A stretch of 64,000 nt of DNA from Squalus acanthias (GCA_030390025.1 CM059432.1:6448001-6512000), one strand, 5' to 3'; shown: positions 13,099 to 25,540, numbered from the stretch's first letter. The notes: a model not told the origin generated them from the letters alone. Numbers and translations: made by a program.

Positions 13099-13840
13099 AG
13101 GCGTAGAGTTTCCTCTTTGGGCGCAATCGGCGATTCTTGCGCAAATTGCGCCCGTTTTGAAAATTGTTTTATTTCCCCCCCCCGAGTTTCTGCTCAAACT
13201 CATTTGCATATCGGCGAATGCAAAATCTGCCAAGAAGCAGCCCAAACTGGCAGCGTTTCAAAATATAATTTAAAAAAAAAGTTTGCTTTACAATATTCCT
13301 TGATATATTTAACAGTGGTAACTTGGTAAAGTTTGATTAATACAGCTGAAAATGGTTTTATCATTAAAAACTAAGCATTTTAAATCAGTGTCAATCCACC
13401 ATCTGTGAGTAGCCCAATTTTAAATGACTTGAAAATGGCTTTTAAAAAATATACAGCACTATTTTCAAGTTGGATTGAGGTACAGTATAGTCAGTTCCTT
13501 CGTAAATTAAAAAAAAAAAAATTCATTCAAAACCTTTCAAGACATAGCTATTGGTGTCCTTGTGCGCAAAAGATCCAGCTTAAGTTTTGGAGCCTCCTCA
13601 AAGGCCCGCAAACGAGCACAATTAGTGGAAACGCCAGTGGTGATTAATTCACTCTGGGGGGCGTGGGCGGGGAATGCTTCTAGTGCGATGTTTTTAAAAC
13701 TAGCGCAAAAGATCGCCGAAACTCGAGTTACGCTGAACGCAATTCGCGCTTAAAATTTCGCGATCTTTTGTGCTTGTTGTGCCGAAATCGGGCGAATTGC
13801 AGCGAAAAAACCAGCGCATTCGAGAGGAAACTCCAGACCT
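13099..13840. mobile_element. Non-autonomous TIR element, family D
   Basis: TIRs AGGCGTAGAGTTTCCTCT / AGAGGAAACTCCAGACCT; a truncated relative lies at 38384-38790. Confidence 0.7.
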
Positions 13841-14042
13841 AAGTATATCCTCTGTTGAGATAATTAGAACATTACTATTGAAATACAATTTATGAAACTG
13901 TATGGTTAGCTTGGAATATCCATCGAAAGTATGAATTATACAAAAGATTAACTAATTCCCAAGAATGCTTCACGTGGTTCCTTTGACAGCTGTAGGTTTA
14001 TATTTTTGAAGCACGAATGCCTCTGTTTTAAAAAAAAAAACC

Positions 14043-14320
14043 GAAAGACTTGCATTTATATAGCACCTTTCATGATCTCCAGGTGTCTCGAAGCACTTTA
14101 CAGCCAATAAAGTGTAGTCAGCACTGTAATGTAGGAAATGCGGCAACCAAAATTGCACACAGCAAGCTGCCGTAAACAGCAATGAGATAAATGACCAGAT
14201 GATCTGTTTTTAGTGATGCGGGTTAAGGTTTAAATATTGGTCAGGACATCGGGGAGAACTCCCCTGCTCTTCAAAATAGTGCCCATGGGATCTTTTACAT
14301 CCACCCGAGAGGGCAGATGT
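14043..14320 (-). mobile_element. SacSINE1/DeuSINE-like SINE, 3' half
   Basis: Matches the tail and central domain of the full copies at 45412 and 47412. Confidence 0.8.
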
Positions 14321-14774
14321 GCAAAGATAGTATTCTATTTTTGCCACTCCTCCTCTTCTGAAGACATTGTCTCCTGTTGGGGTGCAGTTGCATGGGAGTT
14401 AGTTACCCTTGTACTTTGCAGAAGTGGTCAGTGTCAGTGTGAGAGCCTAGATAGTGAGTGTTGGCAGGGTATTTGACTTTGGTGACATCACTGCCAATGC
14501 CTATCTTGTTCTCATCCGATATATGTACACTTTCTGGAGGTGGGAGGGGGGGGGTGGCGGATAGTGGTCAGAAGCAGGAAGCCTGGATCCGCCCCCCCCC
14601 CCCGGCTGCCAACACCCCCCCCCTCCTCTCTCTAGCCCACATGCCTCTGCTGCTCAGCACTGGTTGAGAATTTCTGGCCTGAATGGCCCATTTGCACTTC
14701 TACCAACTGGTGGTTTTTCTTCATGGTAAAGAGTGAAAATAAGGACATTTGAAAATTTTCAGAATTATAGAGAA

Positions 14775-15062
14775 GCAGGATATTGGAAATCGGAAATAAA
14801 AACAGAAAATGCTGGAAATACTCAGCCGGTCAGGCAGCATCTGTGGAGAGAGAGAAACAGAGTTGACGTTTCAGGTCGATGACCCTTCATCAGAACTGAA
14901 AAAGTTAGAGATTTAACTGATTTTAAGCAAGTGCAGAGGCAAGGAAAGTGGGGTGGGGAGGATTGAACAAAAGGGAGGAAGGTCTGTGATGGGGTGGAAG
15001 GCAGGAGAGATTAAATGACAAAAGGTATGATAGTACAAAGCAAAAGTAGATAGTAATGGGAC
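14775..15062 (-). mobile_element. Penelope-like terminal repeat fragment
   Basis: Same sequence family as 10562-10800. Confidence 0.8.
14861..14897 (-). ncRNA. Minimal hammerhead ribozyme motif with canonical GUC site
   Basis: Reverse complement agtt-CTGATGA-agggtcatcgacct-GAA-ACGT-C-aact. Confidence 0.78.
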
Positions 15063-15574
15063 CAGAATTATAGACTCCAGTTTGATCCCGATTGAAGACG
15101 AGTTGTGGCCAAAGAACTGATCCTTTTATCATTTTGGAAATAAAAGGACTGCAATTGCAGTCCAAAAAATCATGCTGTACTATTTTTAGTGGATTAATAT
15201 CCTGGGTAGTTTTTTGCTGTATTTGTGGAGTCTGAAATGATTAATGTTTGGCCTCAGGTGAGCTATTTGTCTGGAATTAATGTGCAGTAATGCAGCAAAT
15301 ATTTCATGTTTTACATATGGTAGTGATAAATAAAAGTATTATTTTCATAATATAGTCCACCTGTAATGTCGAACCTTATACATACTTAATTTCTCTGCAT
15401 TGTGTACGTTCATGTGTGCGAGTGCATGCACATATCTCTAGTGAGTTTATGTTAATGAACTGTCTGTGAACACTGATGACAGCTTTGTAATTTAAATATT
15501 TCAACGGTTCTAACCTAGATTTCTTCAGCCACTATTTACAGAGTGAATCCTATTCGTAACCTGGGCTTTTTTTT

Positions 15575-16085
15575 ATGATCTCCATATTACAAAAAGGATA
15601 TAGAGACACAGGCTTTAAAGGATGATGCCAGAACGAAGAGGTTTATAACTATCAGGAAAGATTGAACAGGCTGGGGCTCTTTTCTCTAGAACAGGGAAGG
15701 CTGAGGGGTGACCGAATAGAGGTCTTTAAAATTATGAAGTGGTTTGATAGGGTAGACGTAGAGAAGAAGTTTCCACTTGTGGGGGAGTCCAAAACTAAAA
15801 TGTAAGATGGTCACTAATAAATCCAATAGGGAATTCAGAAGAAACTTCTTTATCCAGAGAGTGGTTAGAATGTGGAACTCACTACCACACAGAGCAGTTG
15901 AGGGGAATAGCATAGATGCGTTTAAGGGGTAGCTGGATAAGTACATGAAGGAGAAAGGAATAGAAGGTTACGCTGATAGGGTGAGATGAAGAAGGGTGGG
16001 AGGAGGCTCGTGTGGAGCATAAACACTGGCACAGACCAGTCGGGCTAAATGGCCTGTTTCTGTGCTGTAAATTCTATGTAATTTT
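15575..16085 (+). mobile_element. CR1 LINE 3' fragment
   Basis: RNFFIQRVVRMWNSLP-type coding remnant and CR1 tail GGCCTGTTTCTGTGCTGTAAATTCTATG. Confidence 0.88.
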
Positions 16086-16552
16086 ATGTCAATACCAATA
16101 TGAATAATTTCTGTGGAACTACTTGGTTCCATTTTTGGCATCTCTGAATACACAGAACTTTATAAATGAAAGCTGTTACCCTACTCACTTGCCCGCAAAA
16201 ATGTTTCCTTAGCAGCCAAAGCGGCAACCAATGAACTAAAAAATCACAGCAGGTCACCGAAGATGAGCGAGCAAATTCAATCAAAACAATTCATGTAATA
16301 AACATCACAGTGTTGCCAAGGAGCAGTGTGTAAATGAGAAAAGAGGAGGGGAGCCGAGCAATGTTCCCTCTAATTTTTTTTTGTACTGAACGGGCCACGA
16401 ACTCCTTTGAGTGTGACCTTTTTGTCCGTGGGCAAATTTTACTACTACTACAACAACAACGGCAGCAACCACTTAAATGCATGTATACAGTCATGCCATA
16501 TTGCCACCCCACTGTCTCATGATTTGAGACGATCAGACAAGGTTCGATACAA

Positions 16553-16725
16553 AAAGAAAATGCTGGAAATACTCAGCAGGTCAGGCAGCATCTGTGGAGA
16601 GAAACAGAGTTAACTTTTCAGGTCGATGACCCTTCGTCTCCACAGATGCTGCCTGACTTAGTATTTCCAGCACTTTTTGTTTTTATTTCAGATTTCCAGC
16701 ATCTGCAGTGTTTTGCTTTTGTATT
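16553..16725. mobile_element. Fold-back Penelope-derived mini-element with perfect 14-bp TSD
   Basis: Arms at about 16553-16600 and 16637-16685 are inverted; a truncated hammerhead lies in the loop; aaggttcgatacaa at 16539-16552 and 16726-16739. Confidence 0.8.
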
Positions 16726-16739
16726 AAGGTTCGATACAA

Positions 16740-17010
16740 GTTTAACATAACTTCTCTGCTTTTGAATTCCATTCCTCTAGAAATGAACCACAGTGCTTTA
16801 TTTGCACTTTTATGGCTTTTTAAACCTGCATTGCTACTTTTAATGATTTGTGAATCTATACCCCTAGATCCCTTTGCACCTCTACTCCATTTAGACTCTT
16901 ATTTTCCAAGGAGTAGGTAGCCTTCTTATTCATCTTACCAAAATGCACCACCTCACACTTATCTATATTGAAATTCATTTGTCATTTACATGCCCATTCT
17001 GCAAGTTTGT
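16740..17010 (-). mobile_element. Old CR1 LINE fragment
   Basis: Reverse complement resembles the CR1 ORF2 segment KCEVVHFG...FISRGMEFKSREVML. Confidence 0.75.
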
Positions 17011-17764
17011 TTACGGTAGAATTAATTAAAAGCTTTTGCAAACATGTACAAACTCGATTAAAAAAAAAAAAAAAATTACTTGTCAGAAATGACTGGGATA
17101 TAAAAGAACTGCATCATAATGATGCATTAACACTTCAGAAATGCCACTCAGTTACACGGTTGTGTATCGACAAACAATCCAAAGCCCAAGGCGAGCTGAA
17201 AGAGGCATATCTATTCGTGCAATTTGTATTAATTTTAAAGTTTTCAACGTATTAGCCCATCCCTCCTGTCACTATAGCAATGGCTGCACAAGCAGCAGGA
17301 GCAGCAGCTTTCCTATGGCGCTAATGTGCTGTACGTCCACATAAGTAATTAGAATATTAATCACAATGCAACCAGACAACCAGCAAATATAAAGTGCTGT
17401 AGCTCTGTAGTTCACAGTATTAAAAAGAATTGAACAAAAACAAGTATTTTCAACTTCAATCACTTCCATTAATAAACGTTGTCTCCTTGAACCAGCGCAC
17501 CCCCCATGTAACATGTCAGAAATGCAGCACTTATTCACAAGTGCAGAAAAACACATACACAATTTGCGTCACCGAATTAAAAACAAAAAGCAGGAAAAGG
17601 CTATGATTTAGCAGAAATAAACATTCATCTTTCTTCCTAGATAGAAGAACCAATCAGACTGACTTGGAAATGTTTACTTGGATGGTGACGTAAAGATGTT
17701 AATTTATGAATTTCGCTTCTAATTTGCTCTCAGACATTCTCTACAATATTAATCCCTGCTCTTA

Positions 17765-18082
17765 AGAGTAAGGAAGTCTTACTACGATTGTACAGGGCTT
17801 TGGTGAGACCACATCTCAAGTACTGTGCACAGTTTTGGCCTCCTTATCTGAGGAAGAACATACTTGCCTTGGAGGTGGTGCAACAAAGGTTCACTAGATT
17901 GATCCCTGGGATGAAAGGGTTGTCCTATGATGAGAGATTGTGTAGATTGGGCCTATACTCTCCGGAGTTTAGAAGAATGAGAGGTGATCTCATTTAACAT
18001 AAGATTCTGAGGGGGATTGACAGGGTAGATGCTGAGAGGTTGTTTTCCCTGGCTGGAGAGTCTAGAACTAGGGGGCATAGTA
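17765..18082 (+). mobile_element. CR1 LINE, first part (continues at 20480 after a nested insertion)
   Basis: ORF YRALVRPHLKYCAQFWPPY...RRMRGDLI; breaks at ESRTRGHS. Confidence 0.9.
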
Positions 18083-20479
18083 CATAAGAACATAAGAAAT
18101 AGGAGCAGGAGTAGGCCAATCGGCCCCTCGAGCCTGTTCCGCCATTCAATAAGATCATGGCTGATCTGATCCTAACCTCAAATCTAAAGAACACAAGAAG
18201 TAGGAGCAGGACCCGGCCACTCAGCCCCTGGGCCCGCTCCGCCACCCACAGGGCCTTGACCGATCCGAACTCCGCCTCATGTCCAATTTCCTGCCCGCTC
18301 CCCGTAACCCCTAATTCCCTTTACTTCTAGGAAACTGTCTATTTCTGTTTTAAATTTATTTAATGATGTAGCTTCCTGGGGCAGCAAATTCCACAGACCT
18401 ACTACCCTCTGAGTGAAGAAATTTCTCCTCATCTCAGTTTTGAAAGAGCAGCCCCTTATTCTAAGATTATGCCCCCTAGTTCTAGTTTCACCCATCCTTG
18501 GGAACATCCTTACCGCATCCACCCGATCAAGCCCCTTCACAATCTTATATGTTTCAATAAGATCGCCTCTCATTCTTCTGAACTCCAATGAGTAGAGTCC
18601 CAATCTACTCAACCTCTCCTCATATGTCCACCCCCTCATCCCCGAGATTAACCGAGTGAACCTTCTTTGTACTACCTCGAGAGCAAGTATGTCTTTTCTT
18701 AAGTATAGACACCAAAACTGTATGCAGTATTCCAGGTGCGGTCTTACCAATACCTTATATAACTGCAGCAATACCTCCCTGTTTTTATAATCTATCCCCC
18801 TAGCAATAAAAGCCAACATTCCGTTGGCCTTCTTGATCACCTGCTGCACCTGCATACTAACTTTTTGATTTTCTTGCACTAGGACCCCCAGATCCCTTTG
18901 TACTGCAGTACTTTCCAGTTTCTCGCCATTAAGATAATAACTTGCTCTCTGATTTTTCCTGCCAAAGTGCATAACCTCACATTTTCCAATATTGTATTGC
19001 ATCTGCCAAATCTCCGCCCACTCACCCAGCCTGTCTATATCCCCTTGTAGGTTTTTTATGTCGTCCTCACTTTCTACTTTCCCTCCCATCTTTGTATCAT
19101 CTGCAAACTTTGATATGTTACACTCGGTCCCCTCCTCCAAATCGTTAATATAGATTGTAAAGAGTTGGGGACCCAGCACCGACCCCTGCGGAACACCACT
19201 GGTTGCCAGTCCGAGAATTAACCATTTATCCCAACTCTCTGCTTCCTGTTAGATAACCAATCCTCCACCCATGCCAGAATATTACCCCAATCCAGTGATT
19301 TTTTATCTTGAGCAATAATCTTTTATGTGGCACCTTGTCGAATGCCTTCTGGAAGTCTAAATACACTACGTCCACTGGTTCCCCTTTATCCACCCTGTTA
19401 TGTCCTCAAAGAACTCAAGCAAATTTGTCAGACATGACTTCCCCTTCATAAAGCCATGCTGACTTTGTCCTATTAAATTATGTTTATCTAAATGTTCCGT
19501 TACTGTCTCCTTAATAATAGACTCCAAAATTTTACCCACCACAGATGTTAGGCTAACTGGTCTATAATTTCCAGCCTTCTGCCTACTACCCTTTTTTAAA
19601 TGAGGGTGTTACATTAGCAGTTTTCCAATCTGCCGGGACCTTTGCTGAGTCCAGGGAATTTTGGAAAATTATTACCAAAGCATCCACAATCCCTACTGCC
19701 ACTTCCCTCAAGACCCTAGGATGTAAGCCATCAGGTCAGGGGATTTATCCGCCTTGAGTCCCATTATTTTACTGAGTACCAATTCCTTAGTGATTTTAAT
19801 CGTATTTAGCTCCTCCCCCCCCCCAGAGCCCCCTGGTTGTCCAGTGTTGGGATATTCTTAGTGTCCTCTACCATAAAGATTGAAACAAAATATTTGTTCA
19901 GCATTTTTGCCATCTCCATGTTTCCCACCATTAATTTCCCAGTCTCATCCTCTAAGGGACCTACGTTTGCCTTAACCACCCTTTTTCTTTTTATATAACT
20001 AGAAACTCTTGCTATCTGTTTTTATATTTTTTGCTAATTTATTTTCATAATCTATTTTCCCTTTCTTAATCAATCCTTGAGTTACTTTTTGCTGTCTTTT
20101 GAAGACGTCCCAATCTTCTATCCTCCCACTAAGTTTGGCTACCTTATACGTCCTTGTTTTCAGTCGGATACTATCCTTAATTTCTTTACTTAGCCACGGA
20201 TGGCTGTCATTTCTTTTCCACCCTTTTTTCCTCAGTGGAATATATTTTTTTTGAAAGTTTTAAAATAACTCCTTAAATGAACACCACTGCTCATGTACCG
20301 TCTTACCCTTTAATCTATTTTCCCAGTCCACTTTAATCAATTCCGCTCTCATACCATCAGTCTCCTTTATTCAAGCTCAGTACGCTTGTTTGAGAACCAA
20401 CCTTCTCACCCTCTAATTGGATATGGAATTCAACCATGTTATGGTCACTCATTCCAAGGGGATCCTTAACTAGGACATT
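18083..20479 (-). mobile_element. CR1 LINE, about 2.4 kb, antisense, nested with 6-bp TSD ATAGTA
   Basis: 300-aa ORF 19179-18277 with LGPQLFTIYINDL...KFADDTK RT motifs; ATAGTA at 18077-18082 and 20480-20485; (CTTATGTT)n tail. Confidence 0.95.
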
Positions 20480-20770
20480 ATAGTATCAGGATAAGGGGTC
20501 GGCCATTTAGGACTGAGATGAGGAGGAATTTCTTCAGTCAGAGGGTTGTGAATCCTTGGAATTCTCTGCCCCAGAGGGCTGTGAATGCTGAGTCTTTGAG
20601 TATATTCAAGGCTGAGATAGATCGATTTTTGGATTCTGAGGGAATCGAGGGATATGGGATCGGGCGGGAAAGTGGAGTTGAGGTCAAAGATCAGCCATGA
20701 TCTTATTGAATGGCGGAGCAGGCTCGAAGGGCTGTATGGCCTACTCCTGCTCCTAATTCTTATGTTCTTA
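20480..20770 (+). mobile_element. CR1 LINE, second part and 3' tail of the 17765 copy
   Basis: Resumes the IRIRGRPFRTEMRRNFFSQRVVN reading exactly where 18082 broke off. Confidence 0.9.
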
Positions 20771-22134
20771 AGCAAAGTGTTTCATCCTTTGCATGTTAAA
20801 ATTAGGGACCAAAGTGAATGGCCCAAAAACTGGTGTCAAATCAAAGAGTTGATCCAAAAGCATTTGAGCCACAAAGGGTAGCTGTTATATTTGGGGTAAG
20901 TACTGCTGAATCAGTGACATCACTGGCACAACAGTTTTTTTAAAGGGCCAATCGGGTCCCTTGTAAAGGGGGACTGATTTTCTGGTAATGTTTGCATTTT
21001 TGGCTAACACCCATGTCTGGACCCTCTGGCTAGTGGCTTGTTTGGCTGGGTAATGCAGCCATACTGGCTGTTTTGCATAAACCAGGCTGAGAATGAGGAA
21101 ATTCCTGACATCGGGGGCCATTTTTGGGACAGATGGAAGTTCTGTCTCAAACACGTCCCCACAGAAACTACCAACAAAGGCTGAGGCCTGTTGGATTCAC
21201 GTCCTGGTACAGTTTCTGGCCTCTCCAAAGGACTTCCAGGGGACTTAACAGTGTGGCCAATAGCCCTGCAGATTAGTAAAATAATGTTTCTTTAACTTAA
21301 CACTACGCTTGTTACTGGCCAGGATTGCGTGCTGACAAGCACTCGGGTTGCTGAGGTACTTACTGACTTGCCTTTCTTTGACTGTCTAATAACCACCTCG
21401 AGCCACACTCGCGTTCGCGCCGGCGACGCTGACTGGAGGCGGCAGCTGCGCGGTAACTGCCCCTCACTGGCAGCTGTCTGATTGGCAGCCATCTGATTGG
21501 CAGGCCAGTCCAGCCACTGACGTGCGTCGGGAGGGTCCCACCGCCTTTTTACATTGATTGGCCGGGGAATCCTGGTTGCGACAGCCTCTCGACGCACGTC
21601 AGTGGCTGGACACTGCTGGAGTTGCCCTGGCTATAATAGGATCGGTTAGAATCCAACCAAATGAAGACCGTCCCGGAGGAGGATGGTGTGGTCGATTGAG
21701 TCGGCTGCATTCAGGGCAGCCCGATTTTGCATAGTGGGCCTCAAACCAGTGTTGGACCTTCTATTTGCATATGAAAAAGACATAATGCCTGTTTCAGGTG
21801 CAGGCCCTGGACGCCTCTATTTGTGCCTTCACCAATATGGTGAGCGGTGCACCTCCGGTGTGTAATGAGCGTGTGGCCACCCGCCCGCCGTATTGGAAGC
21901 TTGGCCGCCTGATTCGCACCTGACAAATGGTCGCGGTGCCATTGAATTACCAGGCCTTTTGCACGTGCCCTCAAGTGCGCTTCTCCAATCTTTCCAAAGG
22001 TATAACGCTTTATTTTACAGACAGCAATTGAATGTACAGAATAAGAGATGCAATCAAATCTCACCTTGATTGAACGAAGTACAGAACCCTCCTGGAGAAC
22101 AAGAAAAACAATTTAAAAAAAATATGCTACACTC

Positions 22135-22440
22135 AGCGCATGCGCGGTTTTTCCTATTTATTAGCTGGTGAGCCGGCCGCGCGGGAGCTGCAGAGCAGCC
22201 ACGCAGCTTAAAGGGAACATTGGCTACACTATCAGTATTAGTGGGCTTTCTTCAATTTTCCATGGTCAACCTTCTGTTGCTGACTGGGCCTGGGCTTGAG
22301 ATCTGTGCTCCCTGTAAGCTGCGTGGCTGTGCTGTGCTCCAGGGAACCCGCGCAACCGGCCTGCCGGCTTTTCAATACAAAAACCGTGCATGTGCGGTAT
22401 TTTGAATGGCCTAGGCCAAACAAAATTAGAGGGTACATTG
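22135..22440. mobile_element. Two pieces of a hAT-like MITE family (CAATGTTCCCT termini)
   Basis: GCAGCTTAAAGGGAACATTG end at 22222 and an inverted copy ending AAATTAGAGGGTACATTG at 22440; same family as 46533 and 55628. Confidence 0.65.
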
Positions 22441-22579
22441 CTTGAAATCAGTCGAATTTCACTCGCTATGGCAGGCTTCTTTGCTAGACCTCGCCGGCTG
22501 GCAGACTGGCCATGCGTCCCTTTGTCCTTTTCTTGCATTGTTCCCAGCTGAAGGGAGAGCCGTCCTAATGACTTCTTTG

Positions 22580-22888
22580 CCGTTCAGTGATTCGCCAGTC
22601 TGCCTATAGTCCGTTCAGTAATTCGCCAGTCTGCCTATAGCCCGTTCAGTGATTCGCTGGTCTGCCTATAGCCCGTTCAGTGATTCGCCAGTCTGCCTAT
22701 AGTCCGTTCAGTGATTCGCCGGTCTGCCAAAAGCCCGTTCAGTGATTCGCTGGTCTGCCTATAGCCCGTTCAGTGATTCGCCAGTCTGCCTATAGCCCGT
22801 TCAGTGATTCGCCGGTCTGCCAAAAGCCCGTTCAGTGATTCGCCAGTCTGCCTATAGTCCGTTCAGTGATTCGCCAGTCTGCCTATAA
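22580..22888. repeat. Minisatellite, 10 x 31 bp (CGTTCAGTGATTCGCCAGTCTGCCTATAGYC)
   Basis: Unit starts at 22581, 22612, 22643, 22674, 22705, 22736, 22767, 22798, 22829 and 22860; no spacers. Confidence 0.97.
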
Positions 22889-23662
22889 GTTAAACCCTGC
22901 TGTCTATCCTTTGCCCTTTGGGGTACAGGCTTAAGGAAAAGATCCCCTGCTCCGCTCAAAACGAAGACGGGCCATTCTGGTTTAATGCACCTGGAATCAG
23001 ACAATTGATCCTCATTATCTGAGTTTGAGATAAACTGTGAGCCACAACATTCCACACACTGGTACATCTGGCTTTAATACGCATCAATAATACCTGACCC
23101 TACCAAATAAACCCTTATCTAGGAAGATTCAGCCGTTGTTATTTTCTTAAGCACATTTTGTTTTCAAAACACAACAATTAAACATAACTCATTCGCAGAT
23201 CTTTTCTGTGACGACCAAAAAAAAATTATTGAAAAATCCCGTAACATGTTGAGGCCAAAAACCTGGGGCTGGATTTTAAATGTTACCAGTATTCTGGTGC
23301 TGTCACTTAGTTACATCTTTGATGGATGGACCATAGAATCATACAGCACAGAAGAAGGCCATTCGGCCCATCCTGCCTGTGCCAGCTCTTTGTACGAGAT
23401 AACATTGGAAAAGACCATTGGTGCAGTATAGAAAACCGTTTAGAAATAATTTTCCAGTAATGCTGAACAAATAATTTGTTTTCAAAAAAAATGAAAAAAT
23501 GCAAGTTTTAATGTAGAAAGGTAGACTTTTTAAATAAATCTTGGAGAACAAGAGGTGAAAGTGGAGCAAAAAAAGCTCCCTAATCTAGCAACAGGAAGGA
23601 TAGAAAGTTGACTACAAAACAGAAATCCGAGTTCTGAAGAAAGGTCATCGACCTAAAACATT

Positions 23663-24336
23663 GGGCCGTATTTTCTGATCTGGAAAAAAATTACGCACTT
23701 AGCTGAGGGCTCCTGGGACGCGCACACTTCCGATCCTGGGCCTCTCGAACTCCAAGTGTGCAGGGCCTACGTATCCCAGGGGCGCATGCGGTTCGCAAGC
23801 GTCCCTGGGATCACGTGGGCCATGGGGAGCCAATCAAAGAAGGGAATCTTTCTTCATACACTTGACCGAAAGACCTGTCAAATATATGAATGGAGATCAC
23901 CCCAAAAACATAGTAAAACTTTAAATAAATTTAAAAAAAAAAATCACATTTTTAAAATGCCTTGAAATTACAATAAATTAAATATTTTAAACAAAACTTT
24001 AATTTTTTGAAAAAAAAGTAAAGCTTTTTACGGGGCTAAAAATAAACTTACCTTTTAAAAAAAAAAAGTATTTTTAAATGATAAATCAGTGAAATTTTTT
24101 TTGGTTTTTACCAGACGTAAGAATTGTTAGGGTTTTCTGCGGGCGGAGGGTCTCCAAAAAGCGGAACTCTTCACCCGCAGAGGCCCTTCTCCAGGGCAGG
24201 TGGAGGATCTGTCAAGAGCATTCTTGACCGATCGGAAATGCCGGTTTTCAGCGCATGCGCTTGGCATGCCTGAAACCGGCATTTCCAATGTCCTTACGGG
24301 TGGGTACATACCCGTAGGGATCGGAATATCTGGGCC
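23663..24336. mobile_element. Harbinger-like MITE, family B, ATT TSD, inserted into a Penelope hammerhead
   Basis: TIRs GGGCCGTATTTTCTGATC / GATCGGAATATCTGGGCC; ATT at 23660-23662 and 24337-24339; Penelope sequence on both sides (23629-23662 and 24337-24445). Confidence 0.8.
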
Positions 24337-25348
24337 ATTAATTCTGTTTCCCTCTCCACAGATGTTATCTGACCTGCTGAGTGTTACCAGCATTTTCTGG
24401 TTTTTTTCAGATTTACGGCATCTGCATTATATTGCTTTTGTATTTAAAATCAATCTTTGCTCAACAACTCAGAAAACACTTTATATTATGTGCGTCAATT
24501 TTTTTGAATAAAATAAAGCTGTATTAATATACTACCACGTAAATGAAGGCACTCTAATAAATGTGACTGAGTTGATTGAATCAGTTCAGAAAGCATTAGG
24601 TAATTTCCCCCTCCTTTTTTGTTTGCATGATGGTGCATGACTTGTTGGTGCAGTTTCAATGTCGGAGACTGAAATGCCAGGATGCAGGCATAACATAACG
24701 ATTAGAAATGGATGCTTCAAAATCTACTTGGCTGTTTGATAAAATGATCTTCGTGAAAACACAAAAAAAAAGTTTGATGTTGGCTGTTGTATTTGATATA
24801 CACGTAAGGTAGATAATTGAAGCGGTTACTTGTAGAAGTCAGGAAGTGCTGGGACATTCCGCACAGATCTTCTGTTCAGTTAAGAGGCAGAGAAACCTTT
24901 TTGGTGCCAAGCCACTTTTTAGGTTTTGTTCGCGGAGCTGTGGAGAGATTATCAAATGATAAGGCAGAAACTATTTAAATCGTTTTGTGGAACTTGCCAC
25001 TTAAGTCATCAAATTCTGTGAAAAGATTTAAGAATTTAATTCTGTACAGTAGAAGCCTCTGCCAATTCTTTCTTTTGCTTCCTGTTAATGCAGCACATCA
25101 ATTGTATATTGCCCTGTATGTAAATGGTCAAACATTCAAATTGCCAGTGTAAAGGTGACACATCTACCTTGCTAAATGCAGTGTGTAGTAATGTATTATA
25201 TGCAATGTGTTAAAAGTACATTTTTTTAATGCACTACTGAAGACAAAAAATGGAGTACTATTTTTGTCATTTCAGCAGTCCAAATAGTGTGTGTTTATAA
25301 AAAAAAAGTCAAAAGTATACAGAACACTACTATATCCATAGTAAATCG

Positions 25349-25540
25349 TAGAATCATACATCACAGAAGGAGGCCATTCGGCCTATCGTGTCTGTGCCAG
25401 CTCCATGAAAGAGCTCTCCAATTAGTCCCATTCCCCTGCTCTTTCCCCATAGCCCTGCAATTTTTTCCTTTTTAAGTATTTATCCAGTTCCCGATTGAAA
25501 GTTACTATTGAATCTGCTTCTGCCACCCTTTCAAGCAGTA
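25349..25540 (-). mobile_element. CR1 3' tail fragment
   Basis: AGAAGGAGGCCATTCGGCC tail and TTGAAAGTTACTATTGAATCTGC coding remnant. Similar short tails occur at about 23332, 27805, 37340, 37730-37890, 50822 and 53180. Confidence 0.8.

Noticed and set aside
18277..19179. Host gene or active retrotransposon from the 300-aa ORF (likewise 1367-2194 and 60568-61224)
   Set aside because: These are LINE ORF2 C-terminal pieces; the elements are 5'-truncated and frameshifted upstream.
16359..22222. One large hAT element spanning the CAATGTTCCCTCTAA end at 16359 and the AGGGAACATTG end at 22222
   Set aside because: The 8-bp flanks (gagccgag versus gctacact) do not match and I cannot read a transposase between them.
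22580..22888. CRISPR array
   Set aside because: Units are directly adjacent with no unique spacers, there are no cas genes, and the context is a vertebrate intron.
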